From contig JAWMAR010001270.1 in assembly GCA_036785375.1 (NCBI GenBank), positions 62,001-126,000 of the forward strand: a stretch of 64,000 nt of DNA, given 5' to 3'. This document shows, piece by piece, positions 52,007 through 64,000 of this stretch. Made by a program: the position numbers and the translations under genes. The notes beneath the pieces are model-generated. The model was not told the DNA's origin and did no database searches. It saw only the letters and a program-made list of their open reading frames with translations. Positions within the stretch are counted from its first letter, which is position 1. The number at the start of each line of letters is the position of its first letter. The stretch comes from Leucoraja ocellata (lineage: Eukaryota).

Positions 52007-52763
52007 CAATCCAAATAAAGTTTAGATGGTAGACTATTTGTTCGAGTATAAGCCCAAAGTTTCACTTGTTGCGTCCAGAATTTATAGTAATAATTGTTAG
52101 AGGGTAGAAAGCAAGTGACCATTTTCATCTTCAATGAAAGACAGGCTCACTGTTGGAATTTGTCTATTGCAGATTAAAATAAGAATATACAAAGTAGAAG
52201 CAGCAATATGTTATTCATAACTATTAACTTTCATTCCTGGTCCGTATCGAACTTCTCCAAATGCAAACGCTTCAAGTTATGCTTCTTGGATACCATATAT
52301 TTGCATTTACATAGCGATCCTGCTGCGAAATGTTTGTCGAATGTGGTATTTTATTTCAAAGTGGGAATTTGAAGATAGGGACAGAGATGCTAGCTACACA
52401 GAGATTTTGATAGGAAGGAAACGTTACAGCAGCTGAGTAAAAAGAATGGTCAAATGGTAGGTTCAATGAAGATTGGGCGAGAGGGATTGGGGGTGGGGGG
52501 AAAGTATCTATAGCTTGGGACTTGCCTTAAATTAGTACTGAGATGGAATATCATTCCACACCAAATTTCTTAGACAATAATACCTTTTGTGCAATTATCA
52601 CACAATTTTGCTGGATATGGATCAACGGACTGTATGTTTAAATGAGTAATGCTTGTAAATGCTTGTAAATGAGTAAAACAAATGTTCTTCCTAAAGCACT
52701 GTTGTTTCTGGGATGGGGCGACTGGTTACAAATAAAGCCTTCTGAAAGCCCAGATATAAGACA

Positions 52764-53322
52764 TCCACTGGTTCTCCCTTATCCACTCTACTAGTTACTC
52801 CACTTATCCGCTCCACTAGTTACACCCTTATCCACTCCACTCCACTAGTTCTCCCTTATCCACTCTACTAGTTTATGGAGGGAGGGAGTGGCTGAGGGTA
52901 GGGGAAAGGAGAGGGAGGAAGAGGTGAGGGAGGGAGTTTCGGAGAGGAAGAGGAGAGAGAAAAGATGGTGAAGAGGAGGCAGAGGGAATGCTGGGAGATG
53001 AGGGGGGAGGGAGGAGGATACGGGTAGGAAGAGGGATGGCGAGGTAATGGAGGAGGGGAGGGGGAAGAATGAGGAGGGGCGGGAGGGGTGAGGGGAGGAA
53101 GCAGAGGGGGGTTGGTGGAGACTGGGGAGAGGGTGGATAATGGAGGAGGGGAATAGGAGACTGAAGAGGGAGAGTAGATGCTTAAACATCGATCTTATTT
53201 TTTACGTTATTGCCATTTTAAACTTTAAAAGCATCCGCCGCGCCTGCGCATTTGGGAACTATGGGTGAGTGAAGGAATATCGCGATGGGGGAACGGGGCC
53301 CAACGAGTCCCACTTGGTCTAG
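52764..53322 (+). mobile_element. Putative non-autonomous Helitron
   Basis: A|TC start; GGGCCC-AACG-AGTCCC hairpin followed by CTAG|T at 53319-53323; internal tandem repeats and a purine-rich tract. Confidence 0.55.
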
Positions 53323-54184
53323 TTGACTTTGAAATCCAATATCAGCAGATCTGGTGACAGGTATAAGGGAAATGCAAGTTTCCAAAGTTTGGATGATGGT
53401 CACCAATGAGCTCATTAAACAAACGGGGAAGGCTCTTGCACGTGGCTCTTCGGTTGCAACCAGCATGATGATGAACGACTTTGAAAAGTAGAGGGTATCT
53501 GATGGTAAGTAAAAATAAGCCCTGATTTTTTTAATCAGCCCATAACGCTTCAGAAAAACAGCGTCACTCTTCAGCTGTTCTTTCAAGAAGGCCCTGTATT
53601 AACACATTAATTGTTTGTGAACCTCATTCCGTAATATGTTTGTGAAAATTGTTTAGTGCCACTGGATCCTGGCCCAGATCTGTCTGTGCACCAGTCTCCC
53701 CACGGTAAACAAAGTCACGCACAGGTTTTCCTCCATTTAGGGTATAGCATCCTGCAGCCACCCATGTTCGAGTCAATGGGTATGTGCATGTGGTGGATAC
53801 AAACTTTAATTTGGACCTGTACCGTACAGACCTATGCATATGTCAATAAATTCTACTTGACTCTATACATCACGAATGTTGTAATAATCTACATTTTGCA
53901 AACGAATAGGGAAATTAATAGTTCTCCTATAACCTTTCATGAGACATGGGAAATAGAAACTGAGACAAAACGATGTAAAAATGGGAAATCAAAACGGTTG
54001 GATAGATGAACAGGTCAGACTGCAGACTGGAGGGTAAAACGTTTAATATTTCAGACGAGGGATCCCTGATCAGAACTGTGAAACCTACTGAATATCAAGA
54101 TTTTGAAGAGGATGATGGGTGGAATAAAGATAATTCGCTAATAAAATCATGATTAGATTTGATTATACCATGGCCGTGAAGAAA

Positions 54185-54552
54185 AATAGAACATAGGTGC
54201 AGGAGTAGCACATTCGGCCCTTCGAACCTGCACCGCCATTCAACATGATCATGGTTGATCATACAACTTAGTATCCCGTACCTGCCTTCTCTCCATACCC
54301 CCTGATCCCTTTAACCACAAGGGCCACATCTAACTCCCTCTGAAATATAGCCAATGAACTTGGCCTCAACTACCTTCTGTGGCAGAGAATTCCACAGATT
54401 CACCACTCTCTGTGTGAAAAATGTTTTTCTCATCTCGGTCGTAAAAGACTTCCCCCTTATCCTTAAACTATGACCCCTTGTTCTGGACTTCCCCAACATC
54501 GGGAACAATCTTCCTGCATCTAGCCTGTCCAACCCCTTAAGAATTTTGTAAG
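54185..54552 (-). mobile_element. CR1 family A-like 3' fragment
   Basis: TYKILKGLDRLDAGRLFPMLGKSRTRGH on the minus strand. Confidence 0.9.
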
Positions 54553-55009
54553 TTGGTGCTAATTTGATTCTGCCTCCGGGACAGAAGTGGAATGAAGAAA
54601 CTAGAATTATGAGGTTCATAGACAGGGGAGATAGTCAAAAATCTTTTGTCAAATGGTAGGGGATTCTAAAACTAGAACGTGTATGTTTAAAACAAAAATT
54701 GATATATTTGGTGAGTACACGTAGTAATCTGCCTGGATGTTGTTGTCTTATGCTGCACGTCTCCGTTTTCCCTTTAAGCGAATGTATCTGCAGCTCGAGT
54801 TAATAAGAAATTCACAAATAGCCGAGACTAGAATTGCGCTCGCGAACTTGCTGATGACGTCGTGGAAACACTTTGTGGTGAAAAGCAAAATGTCGCCTTC
54901 TTACGTTACAGATCAGAACGGCGATTTGAGCAATTTATGTAATAGCTTATTTCGGCGTGACAAATTTATGTAAAGTTGCTCCGAAAAGTCTGTGTTTCAA
55001 TTCCAAGTC

Positions 55010-55880
55010 GTGTGTTTAGTTCAGTTTACTTCAGCAAATTATTGTCGCGTCTACCGAAATACAATGAAAAACATTTCAGTGCGTGCTGTCCTGTCAAAGA
55101 AAATACTATACATGAATACAATCAAGCCGTCAACAATGCACAGAGAAATTGGAACGGGTACAAAACTGAGCGCAAGATAAAGGCCAATAAAAGATGGTTC
55201 AAAGTTCTTATGTGAGATGGATGAGGTAGATGAGGAGCGCACTCTAGCTGATCAGAGGACCGTTCGTTCATTTGCCAGATGACAGCTGGGAGGAAATTGT
55301 CCCTGATTCTGGAGATTCTGGAGATATGCGTCGGAAACTTCTGCAAGACTTGCCTCGTGTGAGAGGGGAGAAGAGTGATGGCCGGTGTGAGGCTGGTCCT
55401 TGATTATCCTGACGGCCTTGCCGCGGCAGATGGAGTGTAGATGGAGTCAATGGATGAGTAGTTAGTTTGTGTGATGGTCTGAGTTACGTCCATAACTTCT
55501 TGCAATTTCTCGTGGTCTTGGATGGGGCTGTTTCCAACCCCGTCTATAATACATCCTAAAAAAGTTGTTTACAATGTCTCTGTCGAAGTTGGTGGGGGTT
55601 ATTGATGTCATGCCGAAATCCCTAATCCTTCTCAGGACGTAGAGGCATTCGTGTGCATTTCAGGCCATAGCTTCGACGTGGCTGGTCCAGGACAAATTGC
55701 TGGTGATATTTATTCTAAGGCACTTGAACCTTTCGACCATTTCTGCTTCGGTGCCATCAATGCATAAGTGGGGTGTGCACTGTTTCTCTTGCTGAAAGCA
55801 ACCACGGTCTCCTTTGTCTTGCTGACATTGAGGGAAAGGTTGGCTTGAATGTTCTCAATCTCCTTTCTGTTCTCTGGCCA
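55010..55880 (-). mobile_element. Decayed Rex1/Babar-type LINE 3' part
   Basis: RIRDNFLPAVI resembles the Rex1 C-terminal RLxNSFFPxAI; a related RT piece SIYKFVDDTTVV lies at ~63230-63265 (+). Confidence 0.6.
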
Positions 55881-55970
55881 GAATTAAAATGAGAATATAT
55901 ACATCAACATTTTTTTCCTGGAATTAATTTTTCAGTTATGATGAGACTGGGAAGGCTGTCTGTCCCATAA

Positions 55971-57270
55971 GGGCCTGTCCCATTTAAGGGCCTGTCCCAC
56001 TAACGCGACCTTTCAGCGACTGTCTTCGACCTTCAAGCTCGAGGGCACTCTCCTGAACAACCTCGAGCTGGATTGACCGTCAGCGATGAAACCGCGAGCT
56101 GGATCGACCGACCGCACATACACACATCGCAAAAGCGGGGGCCGGGGGGGGGGGGGCGCAGTCTGAAATTCACACCCGCGATGAACAGGAACGTAAAAGA
56201 CGACGGCACAGTGTACGGTAAGTCATTTAGCGAGCGCGGAGGGGAGGGGGGGGGGGAGGTGATGGGGAGAGAAGGGGAGAGAGGTGGGGGGTGGGGGGGG
56301 GGGGGGGGGGGAGTGCAGATGGAGTGGAGACACTTTTACGAAGCCAGACAACTTTAAATAAAGTTTAGCGGGCATTTAACCTACCGGTCGGTTTTCCTTG
56401 GCCCAGAAAACTCCAATGAGCCAATTAAATTGCCCGGTCAGCCAAGGAGATTGCCTATGGCTGCCCTCGACTGCCTATAACTACATAGCGACCCCATTCC
56501 ACTGCACTACGAGTTCAAAGGAACCATGCCGAAGACAATTTTTCAACATGCTGGAAATATTTCCTCGACCAAACTGAGGCATGGTTCCAGAGACCTCCTA
56601 GGACCACGTGTCGACCATGCTGCGAGTTTGAGTCGAGGGCAAACCCTTCTAAACTCGCAGATTAGGTCGCCTCAGTGGGACTGCCCCTTTAGGCGACTTT
56701 TTTTGGCGAGTGCAGGAGACTCTGTGCTCACCACATGGTCGCCACATATTCGTTGATGGTCTCTGGTGAGTCTCCTTGGGGTGGGAGATTGCAACCTTCA
56801 CGTGGTCCGCCCTGTTTCGACGAATGCAATCAACCCAGCGTGCACAATCAAATAAGATCAAATAGAACAAGTTGTCAAACAAAATGTTGCTGCGACCAAA
56901 AATTGGTCGCCATGGAGAAAATCGATAATCCTGTGGTCGTAGGTGCAGTCGTAGTGGGGTCACCATATAGCTGTAGGTAGTCGAGGTAGTCGTAGGAAGT
57001 CTTAGTTAATCGCCTATGCTGACCGGTCATTTTCATTGGCTCATTGCGGGAAACAAACATAAGCACGAATTTTCAGAACTAAAGATAACGCACCGGTAAT
57101 GTTAAATGCCCGCCGAACTTCACATCTGTGTATCTCTGGCTTATTAAACGTTGTATGGCTTCTTAAAATTGTCTCTACTCCTTCTCCCCCATTCTCCCAC
57201 CTTCTCCCCTTCTCCCCGTATCCCCCTTCTCCCCTCTTCTCCCCTCCCCACTCCCCCCTCTTTTAAAGTT
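55971..57270. mobile_element. Nested PIF/Harbinger-like MITEs (inner 55988-56687)
   Basis: TIR GGGCCTGTCCCACT...AGTGGGACTGCCCC flanked by TAA/TTA, inserted in the left TIR of a related element. Confidence 0.65.
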
Positions 57271-60124
57271 CTTACGTTTGCACACACGTTTGATCATCTT
57301 ATGTTCCTTCACACATGTCACCTTTTTTGATTCACGTTTTCTTATTCATCTTACCATAATAACTATTCTTTGTGTATTAAAAATGTGAGCCTGAAATAAC
57401 TAAAAGGAAACACATTTACAAAGATGATTCTTGAACAATTATAACTTTTAAAAAGTTACGTCGCACATTGCATTGACCGGGAACAAACTCCATGGACTAT
57501 ACACCTTCCCAATGCTGGTCTTTAAAAATTTGGCATCACAAGTTGTCAAGTGCTCAAATCTCCAAGAATGCAACAATTTTAAGTTAGCAGTCATACTGTA
57601 AAGAATTCTATTTTTTGTCTGCGAATGTAACAGATTAATACTTGGGAGCAAGGAGCTAGTTAATTCCTGAATTTTAACAATGGAAAGAGGATATAACATT
57701 TTTGCTTATAGTCACATATGGCACCACGGAGAAAGGCAGCAGAGGAATGCACTATATATTGTAAGCGAAAAAGAATGCAATCAAAGATTCAGTTGACTAT
57801 GGGTTTCCCTTTCTAAATTCCTTGTGTGAAGAATTAGACGATCCGAATCAATAGCGAAAAACTCTTAATGGTACGCCGCCCAATTGCCATCTAGTGGATG
57901 ATCAAATCCTTATCAACAACATCACTTGCTGTAATGTATCTCATTTAAATGCTGCAATTGAGGCTTGGAGTTTTTGGCTGAAATGAAAGAAATTCGCAGC
58001 GGGACTAACTCAAAGGTCATCACACCCTCCTGCATTCTAGGTGGGATAATCTGTGACAGAAATATACGAGGCTGAATAGTTGACAGCTCTGTCATCTTAT
58101 GCTCCGGTAGGACAAAGTCTCAATTTGAGAATGAGGTAGAGGTAAATGGATTTCAATATGTGTTGTCCAAACGCGGTGCACCTACAATGGCTGGGAGAGA
58201 AATCATTTTGGAGTAGGAAATCGAAGAAAACATATTTCCTAGATCATACTCGCTGAAATATAAATATACTCAAAATGCATCACGATGCCTTAGTCATGTG
58301 ATTTACGGCGTTGGTGTCACACGCTTCAGGCATTCTATGAAAACCTATTTCTTATGCACACCCTTCTATTTTGCAGTATGCCGGTGAAAGCAGTGGTTCG
58401 GTACATGGGTCTTCTTGCTTTGCTTTGTCAAGGTATGCTTAGTTTCTGTACCGATTTCGCTAAGCAAATCATATTTGACAATATTTTACACTAGTATGCC
58501 ACAGTAAATTAAATTTACAACGTTTCTACAATTGGCTTACCATTATTTCCTAATTGTTTTGTATTTGTGTATCCATTGGCTCTTTTTCTTGGTGCTGTAT
58601 GTACAAATGTTTTCATCATATTTACTTATTTCTGCCACTGACAAAAGCAACTTCGAACAAAGTGGAACAATTCCCCGCAATCCTGAAGGTCCCCAGGGGC
58701 AGAAATGAGACCATGTTCTGCAAATTTCCAATATTAAAATAAACCGCTGACGTTTCATGGTGGAGAGAGGGCGAGAAGACATTTATAGAATCGGACAACA
58801 GAAAACAATTCAAAGTAGGCAAGGGAAGGAGTACATTTACTTTATTGAATGTGAGTGTCGATGACTTCGGGATGTATTACTGTCGAGTGAAACATATCGG
58901 CAATGGAACTGGCTCCCAGCTAATTGTGTTAAGTAAGTGTCTTTGTTACGAATAGTGGGGTATGTTCTTCTGTTGCAATGTTACTAAAGCTTCCTGGTGG
59001 TGGAAATATTAATCTTAACTAGCTCTATAATTTTAATGGTTACTTCCGAGATGGAAATCTGAAATAAAGGGGAAATACTGAAAAATATTCCATCCGTCGG
59101 TCAATATAAGTTCAGCGAGAGTTCTGTTATAGTTTTGTTTTATTTACTCCGGGTTATGTTAAAAAGTCATAGTGACGTTACCCTGGTTATGGCTCTTGTA
59201 AATTGGCAGGTCACTTTATATTTTGACCTCCAGCTTTTCAAATACCCAACCAAATTCACGTTACTCCGAATTTCCAGAAAGTTGCAAATTTCCCACGCCG
59301 ACAAACTTTCACATCAACTAAAAACGGAGGAGAAATTGATCTCACAGTTTTGAGGTGGATAATTTTGTTTTCACATTCACTGTCTCCAGGAAAGTTCATG
59401 GAATGAAAAAAGAAAAGAAAGAACTACAACTGAAATTCTCCGATATTATTTCTTTGCTTGGTAATCATTTATATGGCACAGGGAGTAAAATGTAATATAT
59501 CTTTATTAATTAATAATTATAGTACAATGAGATGTTATTACAGAAATGAAGGAAAATACATATGCTTAAACAGAAACGAGGTGATTACGCAATGAATTGA
59601 CAAAAAAAGGTACAATTAACTCTCCCGCTCGCTAAATATTACTGACAGTGGCTCCAGCACAAATGGAACCATGGTCGTTAATGTCTTGTTAATAAAATAT
59701 ATGAAATGAGAAACAGAGTTTGCTCCGTTCATCCTTGCGTGCTTTTCGAGAAAAGCAGTTGTCGCCGATGTACTTCTGCCATTCAGTGCAGTCCATTTTC
59801 TGTAACTACCATATGCACATAAGAAAGAGCAAATGTTCAGAAGAAATGCGTGATTTTGAATTCAACATAAAGCACTGTCACGGAATCTTACCAAGCAATA
59901 CCTACCCGTGTCACATTCCTTCATAATAATCGCGCTAGGCAGCACTCCATTCATGCTTTGTTTCAATTACACTACTTACCTTGATATCCTCCGTAGAACA
60001 AAATTATAAACTCAACAAACAACCACACGGATAACAGGAGGCAGCAGCAACGGTTCAGCGACAATTATGTTCATTGAAATAAAATATATTTTGCAGCTTC
60101 ACGCTTTTATTTTTATTGTTCCAG

Positions 60125-60421
60125 CTCCCCCGACTCCATTGAAAATTGTTGCTATTGAAGGAAGTGCACCGCATTTGCCGCAACTCGTGTGTAAAACGGC
60201 TGCGTTTTATCCAGAGGAATTAGACGTAATCTGGCAAAGAAACAACGTGGAAATTTTGACCGGCATTGAAACCGTGAGAAACAGAACAGCGGATGGACTT
60301 TATGAGGCTTCCAGTTTTTTGCACGACACGCAGCCTGCGCCAGGCAAAACTGTTTACACCTGCCTGGTATCCCACGTATCTCTTACAGCCCCTGCCAGTT
60401 TCAGCTACATTGTCGAGCAAG
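60125..60421 (+). CDS. G5 C1 exon (intact)
   Basis: LVCKTAAFYPEELDVIW...GLYEASSFL...YTCLVSHVSL; ttccag| and G|gtaagc. Confidence 0.9.
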
Positions 60422-60475
60422 GTAAGCCGGGAGGCATTTAACGTAGACTTCAGCCTGCCGAGAAATACAATCCGA

Positions 60476-61430
60476 ACAAGTCAAGTCAAGTCACATTTAT
60501 TTATCTAGCACATTTAAAAAACAACTCTCGTTTGCCAAAGTGCTTTACATTTGTTATAAGAATAGTATAAACAAGCAAACTACATAATAGATACATATAG
60601 CCCGCGCTCAGTGGACGTCAGGAAAGACTTGGGAGTATAGATAGGTTTTTTGTCTTGACTTAAAGGAGTCGATGGAGGGGCAGTTCTGATGGGAAGGGGG
60701 TAGCTGTTCCACAGTCTAGGAGCTGCAACCGCAAAGGCGCGGTTGCCCCTAAACTTATGCCTAGACCGCGGGATATTCAGCAACCCCAAGTCGGCCGATC
60801 AGAGGGACCTGGAGGCGGAGTGATGGGCGAGGAGACTTTTAATGTAGGAGGGGGCAAGCCCATTGAGGGCTTTGTAGACATAGAAGAGGGTCTTGAAATG
60901 TATACGGAATCGCACAGGGAGTCAATGGAGAGAGGCCAGGATCGGGGTGATGTGGTCCCTTTTTCGGCTGCTCGTCAGGAGTCTCGCTGCGGCGTTTTGG
61001 ACCAGTTGCAGGCGGGACAGGGAAGATTGGCTGATGCCAGTGTAAAGGGAGTTGCAGTAATCTAGGCGGGAGGAGATAAATGTGTGGATGATCTATTCGA
61101 GGTCATCAAAGTGGAAGAATTGTTTTATTTTAGCTATCGTCCGAAGCTGAAAGAAGCTAGCTTTTACCACGGCATTGACTTGTTTGTCAAATTTCAGTGC
61201 TGAGTCAAATATCACGCCGAGGTTTTTGACTGAGGTTTGAGTAGTTTGGTAAGGCTTCCAAGGCTGCCTGCTATCATTTTGATTGAGTCGGAGGGGCCGA
61301 GAAGGATTACCTCAGACTTACTCTCATTTAGTTGGAGGAAGTTCTGGGCCACCCAGCACTTTATATCCTCGAGGTTGCGGGTGAGGTTAAGCAGATTTGA
61401 TTGTTTTTTGGGCTTCAGGGGAGATAGAGT
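60476..61430 (-). mobile_element. L2-type LINE 3' fragment in a G5 intron
   Basis: IPRSRHKFRGNRAFAVAAPRLWNS is an L2 C-terminal motif; the minus strand ends in AATAAA plus (GACTT)n. Confidence 0.8.
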
Positions 61431-62395
61431 GTGTATCGTCTGCGAACAAGGGTCTAGATCCGATTCCTTTACCCCAGAGATGTTGCCTGTCCCGCTGAGT
61501 TACTCCAGCTTTTTTGTGTCTATTTTCTAATACAATTAGATAGTTGTGCAAACACAAAAATCCAGTTCCTTTTCATATTTACTGGAACCTGTGGCGGCGG
61601 GTCCAGGGTGTCAGACCCAGAATATAAAATGCATTCTGACTTTGTAAACTGTTGTCAAACTACCGGGCGTAGTTTTGTAAAATAAAAATTAACACACATC
61701 TTAACATAATAACCAAACCGCAGCAAAGAGCCGCCGTATAATGTGATCTGTTCTATAAATTCGTCATTACAGTACAATGCGTGCCATGTGGCAGTCATAA
61801 AATCTTTGTGCAGAAATTATTGAAGCAGCGGTGAATTTCGTGGGCGAAGCTTGGCGCTTCGTTGTGCTTATGGCTGGCAGAACAGGGAAATTCAGCCGAT
61901 AGTATGAAATAAATGAACTTTGTACCTTCATTTATTGATCAGTGGTATTTTGAACTTGGGGCCAAAGTACTGCGTTGTAAAAAGAAATAAAATCCTTTTA
62001 TCTTAATAAGCAAACCTCTTTACAATCTGCCGCAGTGTGTGTGATTTGTTCGTTCGGTACATTCCAATATTACCTTACAATTCATGGGCAATGGAGGACC
62101 CGGCGTGGGGAGACCGCCGTGAGGCAGGGGGGAGGGAGGAGAACAACTGGGGACCTGACGCGGGGGTACTTTGTATGCGCCCTTTATGGGCGACTATTTG
62201 CGTACCCTGGGTAGGCAAGCAAAGAATTTCACTGTGACGTGTCACATGTGACGACGAAGTATTGAATCTGGTATTTATTGCATATTTTATGCAGGGAGGG
62301 TGGATAGATACCTTAAAATGCACTGCTTTTTTGTCTCCCTATTCCTGAATATGTGTTCCTATGGTTCACAGTTTCTTATGTTTCGCCAGATCCAG

Positions 62396-62497
62396 AAACC
62401 ACTGACAAAACACAAATTATTGGATGTGTAGTGGGCGGACTAGTAATTGTGATTCTGATCATATTTTTCACAAGATTCGGATTAAAGGCGCAACCGG
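62396..62497 (+). CDS. G5 TM-a exon ETTDKTQIIGCVVGGLVIVILIIFFTRFGLKAQP (alternative acceptor at 62390)
   Basis: Hydrophobic, family-like sequence; donor G|gtaaga. Confidence 0.85.
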
Positions 62498-62629
62498 GTA
62501 AGAACGTTGCATATTTGACCAAGTACTGCAATGTATCGGTTCTGTTCATTGATCAGAGACAGGATACATTCTATTGCAGCGAGAAACACGATTTCAATGT
62601 TATTTACTGCTTGAAAATTGATAATAGCC

Positions 62630-62866
62630 GTCTATCTTTCAAGAGAGAACTAGATAGGGCTCTTCAAGGGAGAGCTAGATAGGGCTCTTCAAGAGAGAGC
62701 TAGATAGGGCTCTTAAAGATAGCGGAGTTAGGGGATATGGGGAGAAGGCAGGCACCGGGGTACTGATTGTGGATGATCAGCCATGATCACATTGAATGGC
62801 GGTGCTGGCTCGAAGGGCCGAATGGCCTACTCCTACACCTATTGTCTATTGTCTATTTTCTATTGT
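62630..62866 (+). mobile_element. CR1 3' tail (TATTGTC repeats) with three tandem ~23-24 bp repeats at its 5' end
   Basis: FKRELDRAL; the 3' UTR resembles family A. Confidence 0.8.
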
Positions 62867-63704
62867 CAGTCAAACACTGAATCTGAATAGAAAATTATTT
62901 CATCTGCCCCACACCTCCCTGGCATCACATATAACCCTTAAAGGTTCCTTCCAGTTTCAACTATTTGGTCAAACGAGGAAATGCAGGAAGCATTTTAAAC
63001 GAGTTCTACATCAGATTAGAAATACAGCTGCGTAGTTGTTCAAACACGAGAGATAGAAGTGTGAATTGTATTATTTGTGATGAAAGACCAACGTGCAAGC
63101 AGCTCAAAAACTAATACCTCATTCAATGCATCCCGACTGAGATGAATTAACAACCTGAATTTATGTGCGGCTTATTTCATAGTAAACAATCGTGAGTATA
63201 TAGGACTGCGCGGCCAGATTCGGCTCAATATCCATCTACAAATTTGTAGACGACACCACGGTTGTGAGCATGATCGCAGACAGTGGCATGTGCGTGTGTC
63301 CCTAGTTCTCGAATTCACTCTTAACCCCCTCTTTTACATCACCCATTGCTAAAATACGTCGTTACATCTTCACGGTGTCTGCACGCGTGTCCTATTATGT
63401 GGATCGATGACAAATTATACTGTTCAATGCTTCTGTTTTTTTTTTAAACTGATGTCTAGTGTAACAATATGAAAAAATAAATCTCTTCTTAACCTTAATC
63501 AATTATCCCCTACAGAAAGAGCTACTTTGTAAAGTGACGCGTTTGCTTGATAATTAAAACATTAACCCATAATTGTTGCAATATGTATTTCCGACAATAT
63601 TTTTTGGTGGGTTGGAGCGTTACTTTTCAATGCTCTGCCTTATTAGCTTTTACTCCCTGTATAATTAATATGTCTTACGGTTTCTTATTTTTCACCTAAT
63701 CCAG

Positions 63705-63806
63705 AATGTACCTATAAAATACTGATTCTCACACGTGCAGTGGGCGGGTTGGTAATTTTACTTTCGATTATAATTTTGACCAGATTAGCATGGACGGCAC
63801 AACATG
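63705..63806 (+). CDS. G5 TM-b exon ECTYKILILTRAVGGLVILLSIIILTRLAWTAQH (Arg in TM)
   Basis: atccag| acceptor, 102 nt, G|gtaaga; homologous to TM-a; not reported in the ORF track. Confidence 0.8.
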
Positions 63807-64000
63807 GTAAGAACCTTGGATTGTTCAGTTATTTCAATTGTATTTCTAGAAAAGAGAAAATATGCGTTTTTATTCGGAATTAAACAGAACATCCATAGTA
63901 TTTATCTATTTTACAGTTGGCTATACCATTGTAAACTGCGCCTTAAAATGCAATGATTTCACCTTTCCATTCGAAGTATTCACTCCTCCCCTGAACCATT

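Larger units (their letters stand above)
58378..63806 (+). pseudogene. G5: receptor locus with inactivated V (L 58378-58432, V 58639-58932, intact C1 60125-60421, TM-a ~62396-62497, TM-b 63705-63806); probably continues beyond the window
   Basis: The V exon has an in-frame TAA at 58740-58742, CAC instead of CAG at the homologous acceptor, and a 12-nt deletion in the FG loop. Leader MPVKAVVRYMGLLALLCQ, C1 and both TM exons are open. Confidence 0.8.

Noticed and set aside
52845-53189. Pro/Ser/Leu-rich ORF and poly-G/poly-C ORFs (for example 35799-36287)
   Set aside because: Low-complexity repeat sequence, and the homopolymer lengths may be unreliable.

Overview
Vertebrate genomic DNA, most likely from a cartilaginous fish such as a skate or ray (inferred from the CR1, HE1-like SINE and Penelope repeat landscape). 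The window holds a tandem + strand cluster of five paralogous immunoglobulin-superfamily receptor loci (G1-G5), which I assembled exon by exon from splice sites and phases. Shared layout: leader (55 nt) / germline-joined V-J exon (306 nt, only 53 aa between the cysteines) / one C1-set exon / TM exon (99-102 nt) / up to three cytoplasmic exons with tyrosine motifs. G4 (44150-52006, 348 aa) is a complete SIRP-like inhibitory receptor with ITIM LTYATV and ITSM TVYADV. G1 is intact but has degenerate motifs. G2 is a V-less pseudogene. G3 is a chimera made by a ~15 kb tandem duplication whose junction is a 36-bp CR1 tail. G5 has a dead V exon, an intact C1 exon and two alternative TM exons, one carrying an activating-type Arg. 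The rest is CR1, L2, Rex1 and Penelope retroelement remnants (with minimal hammerhead motifs), SINEs, Helitron-like elements and nested Harbinger-like MITEs. No database search was run, so family names and novelty are unverified.
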